A stretch of 64,000 bases of DNA from Chloroflexota bacterium (GTDB lineage: Bacteria > Chloroflexota > Limnocylindria > Limnocylindrales > CSP1-4). Shown here one piece after another: positions 27,564 through 36,803 of the stretch (the stretch's first letter is position 1; every line of letters begins with the position of its first letter). The DNA is taken from the NCBI GenBank assembly GCA_003152165.1, contig PLZO01000125.1, forward strand, positions 1,346 to 65,345. The letters run 5' to 3'. A program made the position numbers and the translations under genes. Under the pieces are notes generated by a model. The model ran no database searches and was not told the origin of the DNA. It saw only the letters and a program-made list of their open reading frames with translations.

Positions 27564-28616
27564 ATGATGCCCAGCAAGAATAGGGAGCCTGATGCTGGAA
27601 CCCCGACATCAAAGCCGCGCCGGGCGTCAGCCGTCGAGCAACCGTTTGCGGTCAGCAGCCGTCTGTTCGACGCCGACCGGACGGACCGGAGAGTCGAACT
27701 TGGCCCCAAGTCGGTCAAGACGCTGACCGATCGTCAGCTCTTGTGGGTGGATTGCCAAGGCTCCAGTGAGACCGAAGACGACCGCGCGTTTCTCGGATGG
27801 CTACCCTTCGATCGACCGGCGATCGAGCGGATGTGGGCTTTGCCCCCTACTCCGCGGCTCGTCGTCCACGGTGATTACTTTCTCGCGCGACTCCTGGTCC
27901 TGCGTCCCGCGGGTGGTCGCGACGAATCGGTCGTGCTCGACCTCGCGGTCGGCAAGAACGTGGTCCTGACCGCCCACCGCGAGCCGATCGACTTTCTGGT
28001 TGAAATCGACAGCCGAATCACGGCGGACACCAGCCTCGGGGACATCGACTCGGCCGACTTCGCGACCGTCCTGATGGATGGACTCGTCACGAGCTATCTG
28101 GAGTTGAGTGACGAGATCCTCGCTCGCGTTGACGAGCTTGACGCCGATGCCCTCCAAGCGCGCGGCCGGCGCGACCTGCTCGATGACATGGTCGCCTTGC
28201 GCCACCGGATCGCCTTGATCCGGCGGGTTCTCGTTGCCCATCGATCGCTCATGGTCGCGATGGCTGGTGCCGACTTCGAGGCCGTCACCGAGACCGGCGC
28301 AGCACCGCGCTTCGAAGCGACGACAGAGCGGTTCGACGGGGCCATCGGCGCGATCGACGCCGCCCGCGAGGCATTGCTCGGAACGTTCGACATCCACATC
28401 TCGCGGACGGCCCAGCGGACGAACGACGTCATGAGGACGCTGACGATCGTATCGGTCCTCCTCCTGCCCACGGGCGTGATCGCGGGCTTCATGGGCATGA
28501 ACACGAAGCCGCCTTATGCCAATGACAACCCGATCGTCTTCTGGATCGTCGTCGCCTTGATCATCACGATCGCGGCGGCCACCCTCATCATCCTAAGGGC
28601 GCGGAGATGGATCTGA
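27564..28616 (+). CDS. corA: CorA-family magnesium/cobalt transporter
   Basis: C-terminal GFMGMNTK (GMN motif) sits between two TM helices. RBS ggagga precedes the ATG. Confidence 0.85.
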   Translation: MMPSKNREPDAGTPTSKPRRASAVEQPFAVSSRLFDADRTDRRVELGPKSVKTLTDRQLLWVDCQGSSETEDDRAFLGWLPFDRPAIERMWALPPTPRLVVHGDYFLARLLVLRPAGGRDESVVLDLAVGKNVVLTAHREPIDFLVEIDSRITADTSLGDIDSADFATVLMDGLVTSYLELSDEILARVDELDADALQARGRRDLLDDMVALRHRIALIRRVLVAHRSLMVAMAGADFEAVTETGAAPRFEATTERFDGAIGAIDAAREALLGTFDIHISRTAQRTNDVMRTLTIVSVLLLPTGVIAGFMGMNTKPPYANDNPIVFWIVVALIITIAAATLIILRARRWI

Positions 28617-28909
28617 GCTGAGTCGCCCTCGTGGGGCGACTCGAGGCGAGTCGGAGAGGGACCTGAACGTCGTGATCGGGACTTCGAGAGCACCCGTTCT
28701 AAGTCGCTTGGGAACCTGGGTCACCGTGGTCCACCGAAAGGCATTGGTCGGACCGGGACCTGTTGCACATCTGCAATGGACTTCACGTAGCCAAGTGGGA
28801 AGCCGACCCCTCGGTCGCCCCACGATCTGGGCATCGCGTTCTATCTGCGCTGCAGTGACCCCGAAGCCCGGGAAGGGTCGCCGTGGAACGCTTCACGAGG
28901 AGGATACTG

Positions 28910-29401
28910 GTGGACGCTCTGGACATCCTTAAGCAGCAGCACCTCGAAGCCCACGCGGCCTTCGAGGACATCAAGACGGCCCCCGCCAATGGTCGTGGAG
29001 GGGTCTGGGCGGATCTTCGGCCCAAGCTCGAACTCCATGAACAGATCGAAGAGCGGTTCGTCTATGACCCGGTTGCTCACGACGCGGGTTCCAGGGACCC
29101 GGTCCTTGCTCGCTGGGAGCAGGAGCACGAGGACCAGGTCTCCGATGCAGATGCGCTCATGGCCGAGATCGACGCCCTCGACCCGGCCGACGCCCAGTGG
29201 CTCGAGCGGGTCGGCGTGTTGGCTTCGACCTTGGATGAGCACATCGCCCACGAGGAGAACGACATTTGGCCGCGGATCCGCGCCGCTTGGGATGAGGACA
29301 AGCTCGTCCATGCCGGCCGCCAGATGGCCGAAGCCAAATCATCAGTCGAGCGCGGCATTCCGATCGAAGAGGCGGTTGACGCTGGCGAAGGTGCGCAGTA
29401 G
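28910..29401 (+). CDS. hemerythrin-domain protein
   Basis: DALDILKQQH...HEQIEERFVYDP...HIAHEENDIWP carries HHE cation-binding motifs. RBS aggagg lies 5 nt before the GTG at 28910. Confidence 0.7.
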   Translation: MDALDILKQQHLEAHAAFEDIKTAPANGRGGVWADLRPKLELHEQIEERFVYDPVAHDAGSRDPVLARWEQEHEDQVSDADALMAEIDALDPADAQWLERVGVLASTLDEHIAHEENDIWPRIRAAWDEDKLVHAGRQMAEAKSSVERGIPIEEAVDAGEGAQ

Positions 29402-29791
29402 GCCGCAACGTCAACCCCCGTTCGAGAGATCCTTGGAGGTATCGTGCCAAAGTTCACGTGACAGAGGCTCCGGAACGGCGCATCTGCGCCGGACCGACAG
29501 CAAGAAGCTAGTCGATCTGCGGACCAATACGAGTCCCCCGCGGACTTGCCATCGCAGTCGCGTACCCTGAGCCTAACTGGGTCTCGTACTCGAGGACCGG
29601 CGGGTGACCGGCGACGAGGGCAGCGCTGCCCCACGATGCAGTCGTGGGGCATCAGATCCAGTTGGCTGGCCGCTATTACGCGGGCGAGGCGGTTCGTGTC
29701 CCCTCCGTACCGATCTAATGAGCAGACGGGCCCGCCTGCCCGCTCGTCGTTTCCCTGACAATTACTGTCCCGACCTCAAAGGAGCCTCCGC

Positions 29792-30307
29792 ATGACCCCC
29801 ACCGATGTTCCAGGCGACATGGCAGCGACACCCGATGCCAGTGACGTCGTCACTGGGCCCGTCGGCTTCGCCAGTCTTCGAGAGCCGGCCTCGTCGGTCC
29901 CGGCGGGTGCGGATCTGGACCGACTGTCCGCCATCGACGCAGATGCCGCCGGGGCCGAAGGGACCACCCTAGTGCCGACCGGTCCGGCGAGCGAGGGTCC
30001 GCCTGACGAACCGAACCAGGCGATCCGCCAGCTCGAGGGGATCCTCGCGAACCTAACGACGTACGCCAGCCCCGTCCTGCGCGAAATCGCGGCGCGGGCG
30101 GCCGAAGTGGCCGCGAAGGCGGCGGAGGCGGCCGGGCCCGCGGCCCACAAAGCCGCAGGCGTGACGGACGAGGTCGGCGGGCGGCTGGCCGCCAAGGGCC
30201 GTGAGATTGCATCCGACCTACGGCGTGATCGCGGCGCTTCGTTGGGCGATGCCCGCGCTTCGGCAGGCGAACCTTCGAGCGACCCGGGCGGTTCGGCTTC
30301 ATCGTGA
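29792..30307 (+). CDS. hypothetical Ala-rich protein (first gene of a 3-gene overlapping operon)
   Basis: RBS aaaggag precedes the ATG. The stop overlaps the next start (GTGA). Confidence 0.5.
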   Translation: MTPTDVPGDMAATPDASDVVTGPVGFASLREPASSVPAGADLDRLSAIDADAAGAEGTTLVPTGPASEGPPDEPNQAIRQLEGILANLTTYASPVLREIAARAAEVAAKAAEAAGPAAHKAAGVTDEVGGRLAAKGREIASDLRRDRGASLGDARASAGEPSSDPGGSASS

Positions 30308-30732
30308 AGATTGGAAGGCTGGGCCGCGTCGCTCGCATCGCGACGCTGCCCGAGACCCGGACTCTGCTCGTGGCGGCGGTCCGGTCCACGACGCTGCGCA
30401 CCGGGCTGCGGCGCGCCCTGCACGATCCAGCAGGTGTCGTGCGTGTCCTGCGCCCGACAGCTGTCCAAGGCGTCGTCCTGCGCGGCGTCCGCCATCCGGC
30501 GGTCCAGGAGCTTGCCAATGCCGGACTCTTGTTGCTGCCTGGACGCTACATCCCCCTTGGCTGGGCCGCGACCTGGGCCGCCCGACACGTCCGGCGTCGA
30601 CACGGTGGTCCGACGAGCGCCGCATCCGGGCCCGGACGCCCCGCCTCCGGTCAGTCGCGTACGAACGTGACGCCCAAGGTTCGCCACGACACGGCGGACC
30701 ACCTCACCGTCAAAGGAGCCATTGAGAAGTGA
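30304..30732 (+). CDS. hypothetical protein (middle gene of operon)
   Basis: Start and stop overlaps with both neighbours. The product is R-rich, so the call is uncertain. Confidence 0.35.
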   Translation: MKIGRLGRVARIATLPETRTLLVAAVRSTTLRTGLRRALHDPAGVVRVLRPTAVQGVVLRGVRHPAVQELANAGLLLLPGRYIPLGWAATWAARHVRRRHGGPTSAASGPGRPASGQSRTNVTPKVRHDTADHLTVKGAIEK

Positions 30733-31202
30733 ACGCCATCACGATGCTCGAGCGCGACCACGTCAAGGTCAAGGCGCTCTTGACCCGGCTCGATGCCACC
30801 ACCGCCCGAGCAAGGGTGACCCGACGCAACTTGTTCAATCGGATCAAGGCCGAGCTGACCGTCCACGAAACCATCGAGGAGGAGATCTTCTATCCCGCCC
30901 TCAAAGCCCATCCTCGGGCCAAGGACGTCGTCCTCGAGGGGATCGAGGAGCATAACGTCGTAGACAACCTGCTCGGCGAGTTGACTGACCTCTCCCCGGG
31001 CGCGGAATCCTGGGGTGCCAAGGCGACAGTGATGCGCGAGAACGTCGAGCACCACATCGAGGAAGAAGAGACCTCGATGTTCGTCAAGGCGCGCCGGATC
31101 TTCGACCACTCCGAGCTCGAGGCACTCGGTCAGCGGATGGCGGCGCGCAAGATCACGGCCAAGGCCGCAGTTCGGACGATTGCGGCCAAGCGCGAGCGCT
31201 GA
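30729..31202 (+). CDS. hemerythrin-domain protein
   Basis: MLERDHVKVKALL...HETIEEEIFYPAL...EHHIEEEETSMF has hemerythrin HHE-type motifs. Confidence 0.75.
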   Translation: MNAITMLERDHVKVKALLTRLDATTARARVTRRNLFNRIKAELTVHETIEEEIFYPALKAHPRAKDVVLEGIEEHNVVDNLLGELTDLSPGAESWGAKATVMRENVEHHIEEEETSMFVKARRIFDHSELEALGQRMAARKITAKAAVRTIAAKRER

Positions 31203-31437
31203 CGAAGGGGAGCGCACACGAGTAGGTTCCGCATCCAGGAAGGCGCCGAATGTCGTCCCATTTGTGGACCCCAGCCAACCGGCGACTCGGTCAGCGATAG
31301 AAAGTCGCAATGCAGGACGGCCCAGCCCCGGAGGTTCTGCAAGCAATTAACCGACAGAGTTGGCCCGTACCCGTCGGAGGCTGTCCTACCCCTCGAGTGG
31401 GGTCGAGCATCCGCGGACCTAGCTCTCTCAACCAGAG

Positions 31438-31635
31438 GTGAACGAAATGGCTGAGGATCGCACGAAAGGCGCGTTGAACCAGACGAAGGGCGTCATCAAG
31501 GAGAACGTTGGCAAGGTGACGGGAGATCGTTCGACGGAGGCGGCAGGCAAGGTCGATCAGGCCAAGGGCAAACTCCAAGGCAAGATCGGCGACGCGAAGA
31601 CGACGATCCGAAATCAGAAAAATCGCAATCGCTGA
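31438..31635 (+). CDS. CsbD-family stress protein
   Basis: GALNQTKGVIKENVGKVTGDRSTEAAGKVDQAKGKLQGKIGDAK matches the CsbD repeat pattern. Confidence 0.8.
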   Translation: MNEMAEDRTKGALNQTKGVIKENVGKVTGDRSTEAAGKVDQAKGKLQGKIGDAKTTIRNQKNRNR

Positions 31636-31722
31636 GATCGTCAGCTGGGTTGTTTGCCCGGGAGCTCGGCTCCACGCGCCACGCTCCGCGGACCGGGCCC
31701 AGTAACGAGGCGAGATCAGCCA

Positions 31723-32720
31723 TGGTCATCTTCAGTGGGCTGTTGACCGGCTTCGGGCGGCTGATCGGCGCGGTCGCCACGATGACCGTTGCGTGGGCGA
31801 CGATCCTGCTCTTCGGGCGCATCCCCCAATCGAAGCAGACGCTACTGTCGTTCATCACGCTCGGCTCGCTGGCCTGGATCGCGGCTCTCGCCGGCGTCCT
31901 CGTCCCGACGGTCGGCAGCTTCCTTCTGGCCGCCGTCCCGCGAGCGCCCTTCCTCGAGGACCTGTGGCTGCGCTGGATCATGCTCGGGCTGGCTGCCTTC
32001 CTGCCCCTCGCGATCGGATTTGCGACCGTCACGTTCATCACCCCCGAGGATCGCCCGGTGGGCCGCGCCCGCTTTACCCGGCTCCTCCTTGGCTATCCGT
32101 ATGCCGCGGTCTATGCCCTCACGATCATCTCTCTCGCGACCTGGGGCCTCGTCCGCAAGATCTGCAGTCTGCAGCACGGCTGGGACAGTGTGCACATCCC
32201 GATGATCGTCAAGGCCGGCCGGTACGACGCCGTGGTAACCGATCTCGAGTCGGCCCTTCACGAAGCCGACCTCGCCGTCGTTCGGAAGCCCGCGTCGGGC
32301 TGGTTCGAGATCCCGCCCCGACTGCTCGCCGCCGTCGGTGGGAAAGCCGTCAAGGAGTTGATCCCGACCGAGCTCGTCGCGTTCGAGACCGACGGCCTCC
32401 AGATCGTTGTCTATCCCTCGGATGTCGCGCTGCTCGGACGCAAGGAGCTCGTCTCCCAGGCGCGCGCGGCAGTTGCCAGGCGTCTGACGTCCGCTGATGC
32501 CTACCTCACCTCGGCCAAGGAATCGGAGCAGATCGAAGACCGACTCGCGGAGATCGCGCGCAAACCAACGGTCGTCGCGGCGGACTTCGCGCCGATCGAC
32601 GAGCTTCTCACGATGCTCGTCGCGCCCTATGACGAATGGGAGACGCTGTACCGACTCAGGCTGCAGGTCGAACAAGAGCGGCGTCTTCCTGATTCCACCA
32701 CGCCGGCTGACGGCTCGTGA
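31723..32720 (+). CDS. hypothetical membrane protein with C-terminal soluble domain
   Basis: Several TM helices (MVIFSGLLTGFGRLIGAVATMTVAWATILLF...). The start was chosen at the ATG after gaggcgag. Confidence 0.5.
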
Positions 32721-32925
32721 TGTCGCGCGCGACGGTGCACGGCGCTGGAGGTGTCGATTTGGCCTCATCCAAGGCACTGCTATAGAGTTCGCAGCGGGCT
32801 AGGGTCTCGTCGGCAGAGTCGGCAGGCCAGGGCGCAACCGGCAGACGTTGTTGCGCCATTGCAAGGCCGCTGCCGCTCAATGGCGGGGCCACCTGACGTG
32901 ACCGTCCGCTAATCTGTCTGGCACG

Positions 32926-33732
32926 ATGACACGTGAGCGTGACGAGACCCAGCTGACCGGCGGCCCTCCGGGCGCCGACAATCCCCCCGCCGCGCATTCA
33001 CTCGCAGGCCAGTCCTCCGATGTCGCTCTGCTCGTCATCGGGCTCCTGAGCTTCCTGGGCTTGATCCTCCTGACGGTTGCTGTGGCGAGGAGCGTCGTCT
33101 TCCCATTCGATCAACCGCTGCTGACCCTACTCCACGGTTGGGACGGCGCGCCCATCATCTGGAATACGATCTCGCAGGGCGCAAATATCCCGCTGATTGT
33201 GATCGGGTTGGCGTTCGTGCTCTGGCTCTTCTTCACGAACCGCCGCCGCGAAGCGCTCGTGGTGGTCCTGATGCTGGTCGCGGTGACTGCCGGCAGCGAG
33301 GGCGTCAAGCAACTCGTCGGGCGACCACGGCCCTCGGGCAACGGCGACGGGATCCCCGGAGTCGTCTACAGCTACCCGTCAGGACACGTGCTCGAGGTCC
33401 TGACGATCCTGGGGAGCATCGCCCTCCGAGCTTGGCGGAGCTCGAGGCGGTTGGTGCTGCGCGTCGCCCTCGTCGCCCTCGTCGCTCTCGACGTCGCCCT
33501 CGTCGCCATTGCCCGGGTTGTGCTCGCCGAGCACTACCCAACGGATATCCTCGCTGGGTTCCTGGGAGGGATCGGCGCGCTCACCGTCTATGCTTGGATG
33601 ACGCGACCCGGCGGTTGGGCGCATCAGACGGGGGCTGATTCGGATGAGACGCGGAACTCGCGCCAACGATCGGAAGTGACGCCTCCACGCGCTCGGTCAG
33701 CCGACGATCTCGCGGGCGGCGCTGCTGCATGA
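32926..33732 (+). CDS. PAP2-family phosphatase (membrane)
   Basis: KQLVGRPRP, SYPSGH and AEHYPTDILAG match the three PAP2 motifs. Confidence 0.75.
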   Translation: MTRERDETQLTGGPPGADNPPAAHSLAGQSSDVALLVIGLLSFLGLILLTVAVARSVVFPFDQPLLTLLHGWDGAPIIWNTISQGANIPLIVIGLAFVLWLFFTNRRREALVVVLMLVAVTAGSEGVKQLVGRPRPSGNGDGIPGVVYSYPSGHVLEVLTILGSIALRAWRSSRRLVLRVALVALVALDVALVAIARVVLAEHYPTDILAGFLGGIGALTVYAWMTRPGGWAHQTGADSDETRNSRQRSEVTPPRARSADDLAGGAAA

Positions 33733-34169
33733 CCAACCCGCAAGAGAAGCGCTCGCCCGACATCGAGTCTACTCGCGACCCTGCCCCGCCGAGCGAACGG
33801 GTACCCAATGGTGAGGCTGGTCCCCTGGGCAAGGTCGACCCAGTCAATCCGATGGGATCTATCGCTTCCCCGGTGCACGAGGGCGGCTTTCCGGAGTCGA
33901 TTTCGAGGTCCGCTGGGCGACGGGAGAGCGATCGGCCATTTCGGGTTACGGCGGGTGCTGGGCGACGCCAACGTGCGCCCAGGCGCTCGGTTGCCAGCAG
34001 CGATGGCCCTGAGACGGCTGGTCAGGCTGCGGGTTCTGGGGTCGGCGGTTCACGCTCGAACTGGCGCGAGGTTGCAATGCTTGGGCCCTGCACGGGTGGC
34101 CGGCGGCGGCATGGGATATGGCATCGTTACCCGGAGAGCCGAACGCGCCACCCAATGTAGGAGTCGACC

Positions 34170-34451
34170 ATGACCGAGCAACGTAGAACTGTCACCACCG
34201 AGACGACGACTGGAGCGCCCGCGAGCACGACCGAGACGGTCGAGCGGGGGATCCATCACGGTGACGAAGAGGCTGGCGGCGCGGTCGAAGGCGCGGTCGG
34301 GGGCGCTGTCGTCGGGGCCGTCGTCGGGGGACCGGTCGGGGCCGTCGTCGGTGGCGCGATCGGCGCGGCGTCGGGTGCGACGGCCGGTGCCCTTGACGAC
34401 AAGCGCAAGGACGAAACGGTTGTCGTCAAGAAGGAAGAGAAGACCTGGTAG
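34170..34451 (+). CDS. glycine-zipper small protein
   Basis: RBS aggag precedes the ATG. The product contains GAVEGAVGGAVVGAVVGGPVGAVVGGAIGAASGATAGA. Confidence 0.5.
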   Translation: MTEQRRTVTTETTTGAPASTTETVERGIHHGDEEAGGAVEGAVGGAVVGAVVGGPVGAVVGGAIGAASGATAGALDDKRKDETVVVKKEEKTW

Positions 34452-34542
34452 CTCGGACCAAATCAAGACCGAGTTACCCGTTGCGCTGACCCGCGGCGGG
34501 TACGCCCCTCATTCGTGACGGATCAGGAGACGTTGAAATCCC

Positions 34543-34626
34543 GTGAGTGTCGAGACTATCGTCATCGTCGTTGTGATCGTCCTTGTCGTGCTCTTGATCC
34601 TCGGGCGAGGCAGGCTGCGCGGCTAG
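34543..34626 (+). CDS. possible 27-aa hydrophobic micro-protein (VSVETIVIVVVIVLVVLLILGRGRLRG)
   Basis: RBS caggaga lies 12 nt upstream of the GTG. The ORF is below the 60-aa cutoff of the ORF track. Confidence 0.25.
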   Translation: MSVETIVIVVVIVLVVLLILGRGRLRG

Positions 34627-34718
34627 GTCGCCTCAGGCCTGCTTCTGGGAAAGCTCGTCTCGCTTGAGGCCGGTGGTATAACCAGCGCTCGGAAGGCGGA
34701 TCGCGGAGGCGTTGGGCC

Positions 34719-34910
34719 ATGAGCCACGACAAGCGTCCCAGGGTGGTCGTCATTAATCGTGGCGGTGATCACGGTTGCATCATCACGATCATCCTGTTGA
34801 TCATTGCATGGCCCTTGGCCATCCTCTATTGGCTTGCACGGCTTCTTGTCTGGACCTTGCGTACTATCCTCGACTGGCTAACCCTGGGCTTCCTGCGAAG
34901 GCGACGTTAA
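34719..34910 (+). CDS. possible small membrane protein (63 aa)
   Basis: A strongly hydrophobic core CIITIILLIIAWPLAILYWLARLLVW is flanked by basic residues. Confidence 0.3.
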   Translation: MSHDKRPRVVVINRGGDHGCIITIILLIIAWPLAILYWLARLLVWTLRTILDWLTLGFLRRRR

Positions 34911-35271
34911 GCGGCGCGGACGCGTGTTCGTGCCCCACGCTTGACCTGATATGGTCCAGCGCTCGCGGCCTCGCATGTCGATGCCAGTGTTGCGTCCTGA
35001 CACCACATTCTCGCGCCTTTGTCAACAGACGTGTGCCATTGCGATCTCGGGACCACTCCGACCCTCTAGGACAGCCTGAGACGCGCGTTTATTTTCGACC
35101 CTAATGAATTGCCCGCGAAGAAATTACGGGCGCTGCTGGACCGTCCATGGTGGGCAGACCGGGTTCGGGGTCGAACCTAACGGGGTCCGAACGAGAGCCC
35201 CCGTTGATCGCATCACCCTTCCTCCGGCAAACGAATTGTCCCGCGGCAATTTGAGCGCCCTACTAACCGAG

Positions 35272-35523
35272 GTGGGTCGCCGTCGGCGCGTCGCTCCATG
35301 GGTGAGCATTCCTCTGGCGTTGACCGTGGCGATATCCGGTTGCTCGGGCGCGGCGGCCCCAGCACCGTCACCGACGCCAACATCGACTCCGACGCCGACT
35401 GTATCAGCGGCCCCGACCCCGACGCCGACGGCATCACCGACTAGCGACGACGTCAAGATCGAGTCGATCATCAAGGACGGAGTGGCCCAAGTGGTGACCG
35501 ATGCGACCGCAATCCGACCATAG
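35272..35523 (+). CDS. small lipoprotein with Pro/Thr-rich linker
   Basis: GTG start gives MGRRRRVAPWVSIPLALTVAISGCSG (basic n-region, lipobox) followed by a PT repeat tract. Confidence 0.5.
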   Translation: MGRRRRVAPWVSIPLALTVAISGCSGAAAPAPSPTPTSTPTPTVSAAPTPTPTASPTSDDVKIESIIKDGVAQVVTDATAIRP

Positions 35524-35668
35524 CGCGCTTCGGGAAAGGGGTGAGTAGCTTGGGGGGCGCGCGCCGATAAGACCCGGTTTCAGAACGAGCGCGGAGCCCT
35601 TGGGCGAAGGGATCGGTGGTGGTTTCCTGTCATCATTGGCATGAGCCAGCACGTTCCAAGGAGAGATC

Positions 35669-36307
35669 GTGGCGCCCGACCGACTGCTCGCCTTCGCACT
35701 CCTGTCATTGGTTCTCATCGTCGTGCCCGGCCCGAGCGTGCTGTTCGTCATCGGCCGCGCGCTCTCCGTCGGCCGGCGGGCCGCGCTGGCGACCGTCGTC
35801 GGCAATGAGGCCGGCGAGTACGTGCAAGCCGCGGGCGTGGCCGGCGGCCTCGGCGTCATCCTCGCCCAGTCGGAACTCGTCTTCACCATCGTGAAGCTGG
35901 CCGGTGCGGGCTACTTGGCATATCTCGGGCTCCAGGCGATCCGCAAGCGCCGGTCTGTGCTGCTGCTCAATCGCTCCACCCTGGCATACCGCGACGGTCG
36001 GGCACTGCGCGACGGGTTCGTCGTGGGGCTCACGAATCCCAAGACCACGGTGTTCTTTGCCGCGGTGCTGCCGCAGTTCGTGACGAGGGCAGGGTCAGCC
36101 GAGCCGGTGCCCGTTCAGATGCTGTTCCTCGGCCTGGTGTTCGTGGCCATCGCGCTCGTGTCCGACAGCATCTGGGCCCTCGTGGCGAGCCAGGCTCGGG
36201 CGTGGTTCGTGCGATCACCGCGTCGCCTCGAGACCCTGAGCGCGGCCGGCGGCGTCGTGATGATCGGACTTGCCGCCCGCCTCGCGGTAGCGAACCGGAC
36301 CGACTGA
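35669..36307 (+). CDS. LysE/RhtB-family amino-acid exporter
   Basis: Six-TM pattern with an N-terminus LLAFALLSLVLIVVPGPSVLFVIGRAL typical of the LysE family. Confidence 0.8.
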   Translation: MAPDRLLAFALLSLVLIVVPGPSVLFVIGRALSVGRRAALATVVGNEAGEYVQAAGVAGGLGVILAQSELVFTIVKLAGAGYLAYLGLQAIRKRRSVLLLNRSTLAYRDGRALRDGFVVGLTNPKTTVFFAAVLPQFVTRAGSAEPVPVQMLFLGLVFVAIALVSDSIWALVASQARAWFVRSPRRLETLSAAGGVVMIGLAARLAVANRTD

Positions 36308-36488
36308 GGACGAGGACAACAGAGCCGCCCGCCGTCCCGGCGGCTCGTGCCGGGCACGGTTGTGGACGTGAGCAGGATGCGCAATGGGCAGAGGTGCGAC
36401 CCCCAGAAGTTCCCCAGCGTCGCTGCAACATGCCGCTCCAGGTCGTAGGGCGTGGACGGTGCAACATGGGATCCAGTGGCTTGCCTTA

Positions 36489-36803
36489 TCCGGCGCTCCT
36501 ACGTGCTGTCAGCCCCGGTGATTCAAACGATCGGCTCAGCACCCGCTGGATGGTCGAGATCTGCCAGCCCGAGCGACCAGATACGGTCGGGATGCCTTCG
36601 TCGGCCAGACGCAGGACGATGTCGCGCAGGGTCAACCCTGCAGCGCGCCATTCCACGATCTGGCTCGTGATCTGAGCCGGGATCGAGGTTGGTCGGCCTA
36701 GCCGGACCCCGGCTGCCTTCCTAGCCGCAACGGCATCCTTTGTCTGTCCGCGATTCTTCTGCCAGATGCATATGCGAATGGGGGCTAAGCGGCAGCCGGG
36801 CGA
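36489..36803 (-). pseudogene. serine recombinase/resolvase C-terminal fragment (no start codon, catalytic domain missing)
   Basis: Hand translation of the minus strand gives ...IWQKNRGQTKDAVAARKAAGVRLGRPTSIPAQITSQIVEWRAAGLTLRDIVLRLADEGIPTVSGRSGWQISTIQRVLSRS*. The frame is bounded upstream by a stop at 36804-36806 and contains no ATG. Absent from the ORF track. Confidence 0.55.

Noticed and set aside
29625-29647. Hairpin gccccacga-tgcag-tcgtggggc upstream of the hemerythrin operon
   Set aside because: It is an isolated 9-bp stem without a U-tract, 225 nt from the nearest stop. Calling it a terminator would be a guess.
29776-30702. 308-aa minus ORF antisense to the three-gene hemerythrin operon
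   Set aside because: The plus-strand genes have RBSs, overlapping starts and a hemerythrin motif. The minus product is a low-complexity R/A/S/P sequence.
33421-33520. Apparent DNA repeats (gtcgccctc)n
   Set aside because: They lie inside the PAP2 coding sequence and encode an (Ala/Leu/Val)-rich TM segment. They are coding low complexity, not a non-coding repeat.
33729-34160. 143-aa ORF overlapping the PAP2 stop (ATGA)
   Set aside because: The first third is plausible, but the rest is R/G-rich low complexity. There is not enough support to report it as a gene.
36308-36490. Imperfect direct repeat gctgcaacatgcc / ggtgcaacatggg near the LysE 3' end, as a possible att site
   Set aside because: It is only 12 bp, imperfect, and has no matching partner at the other island end that I could find.
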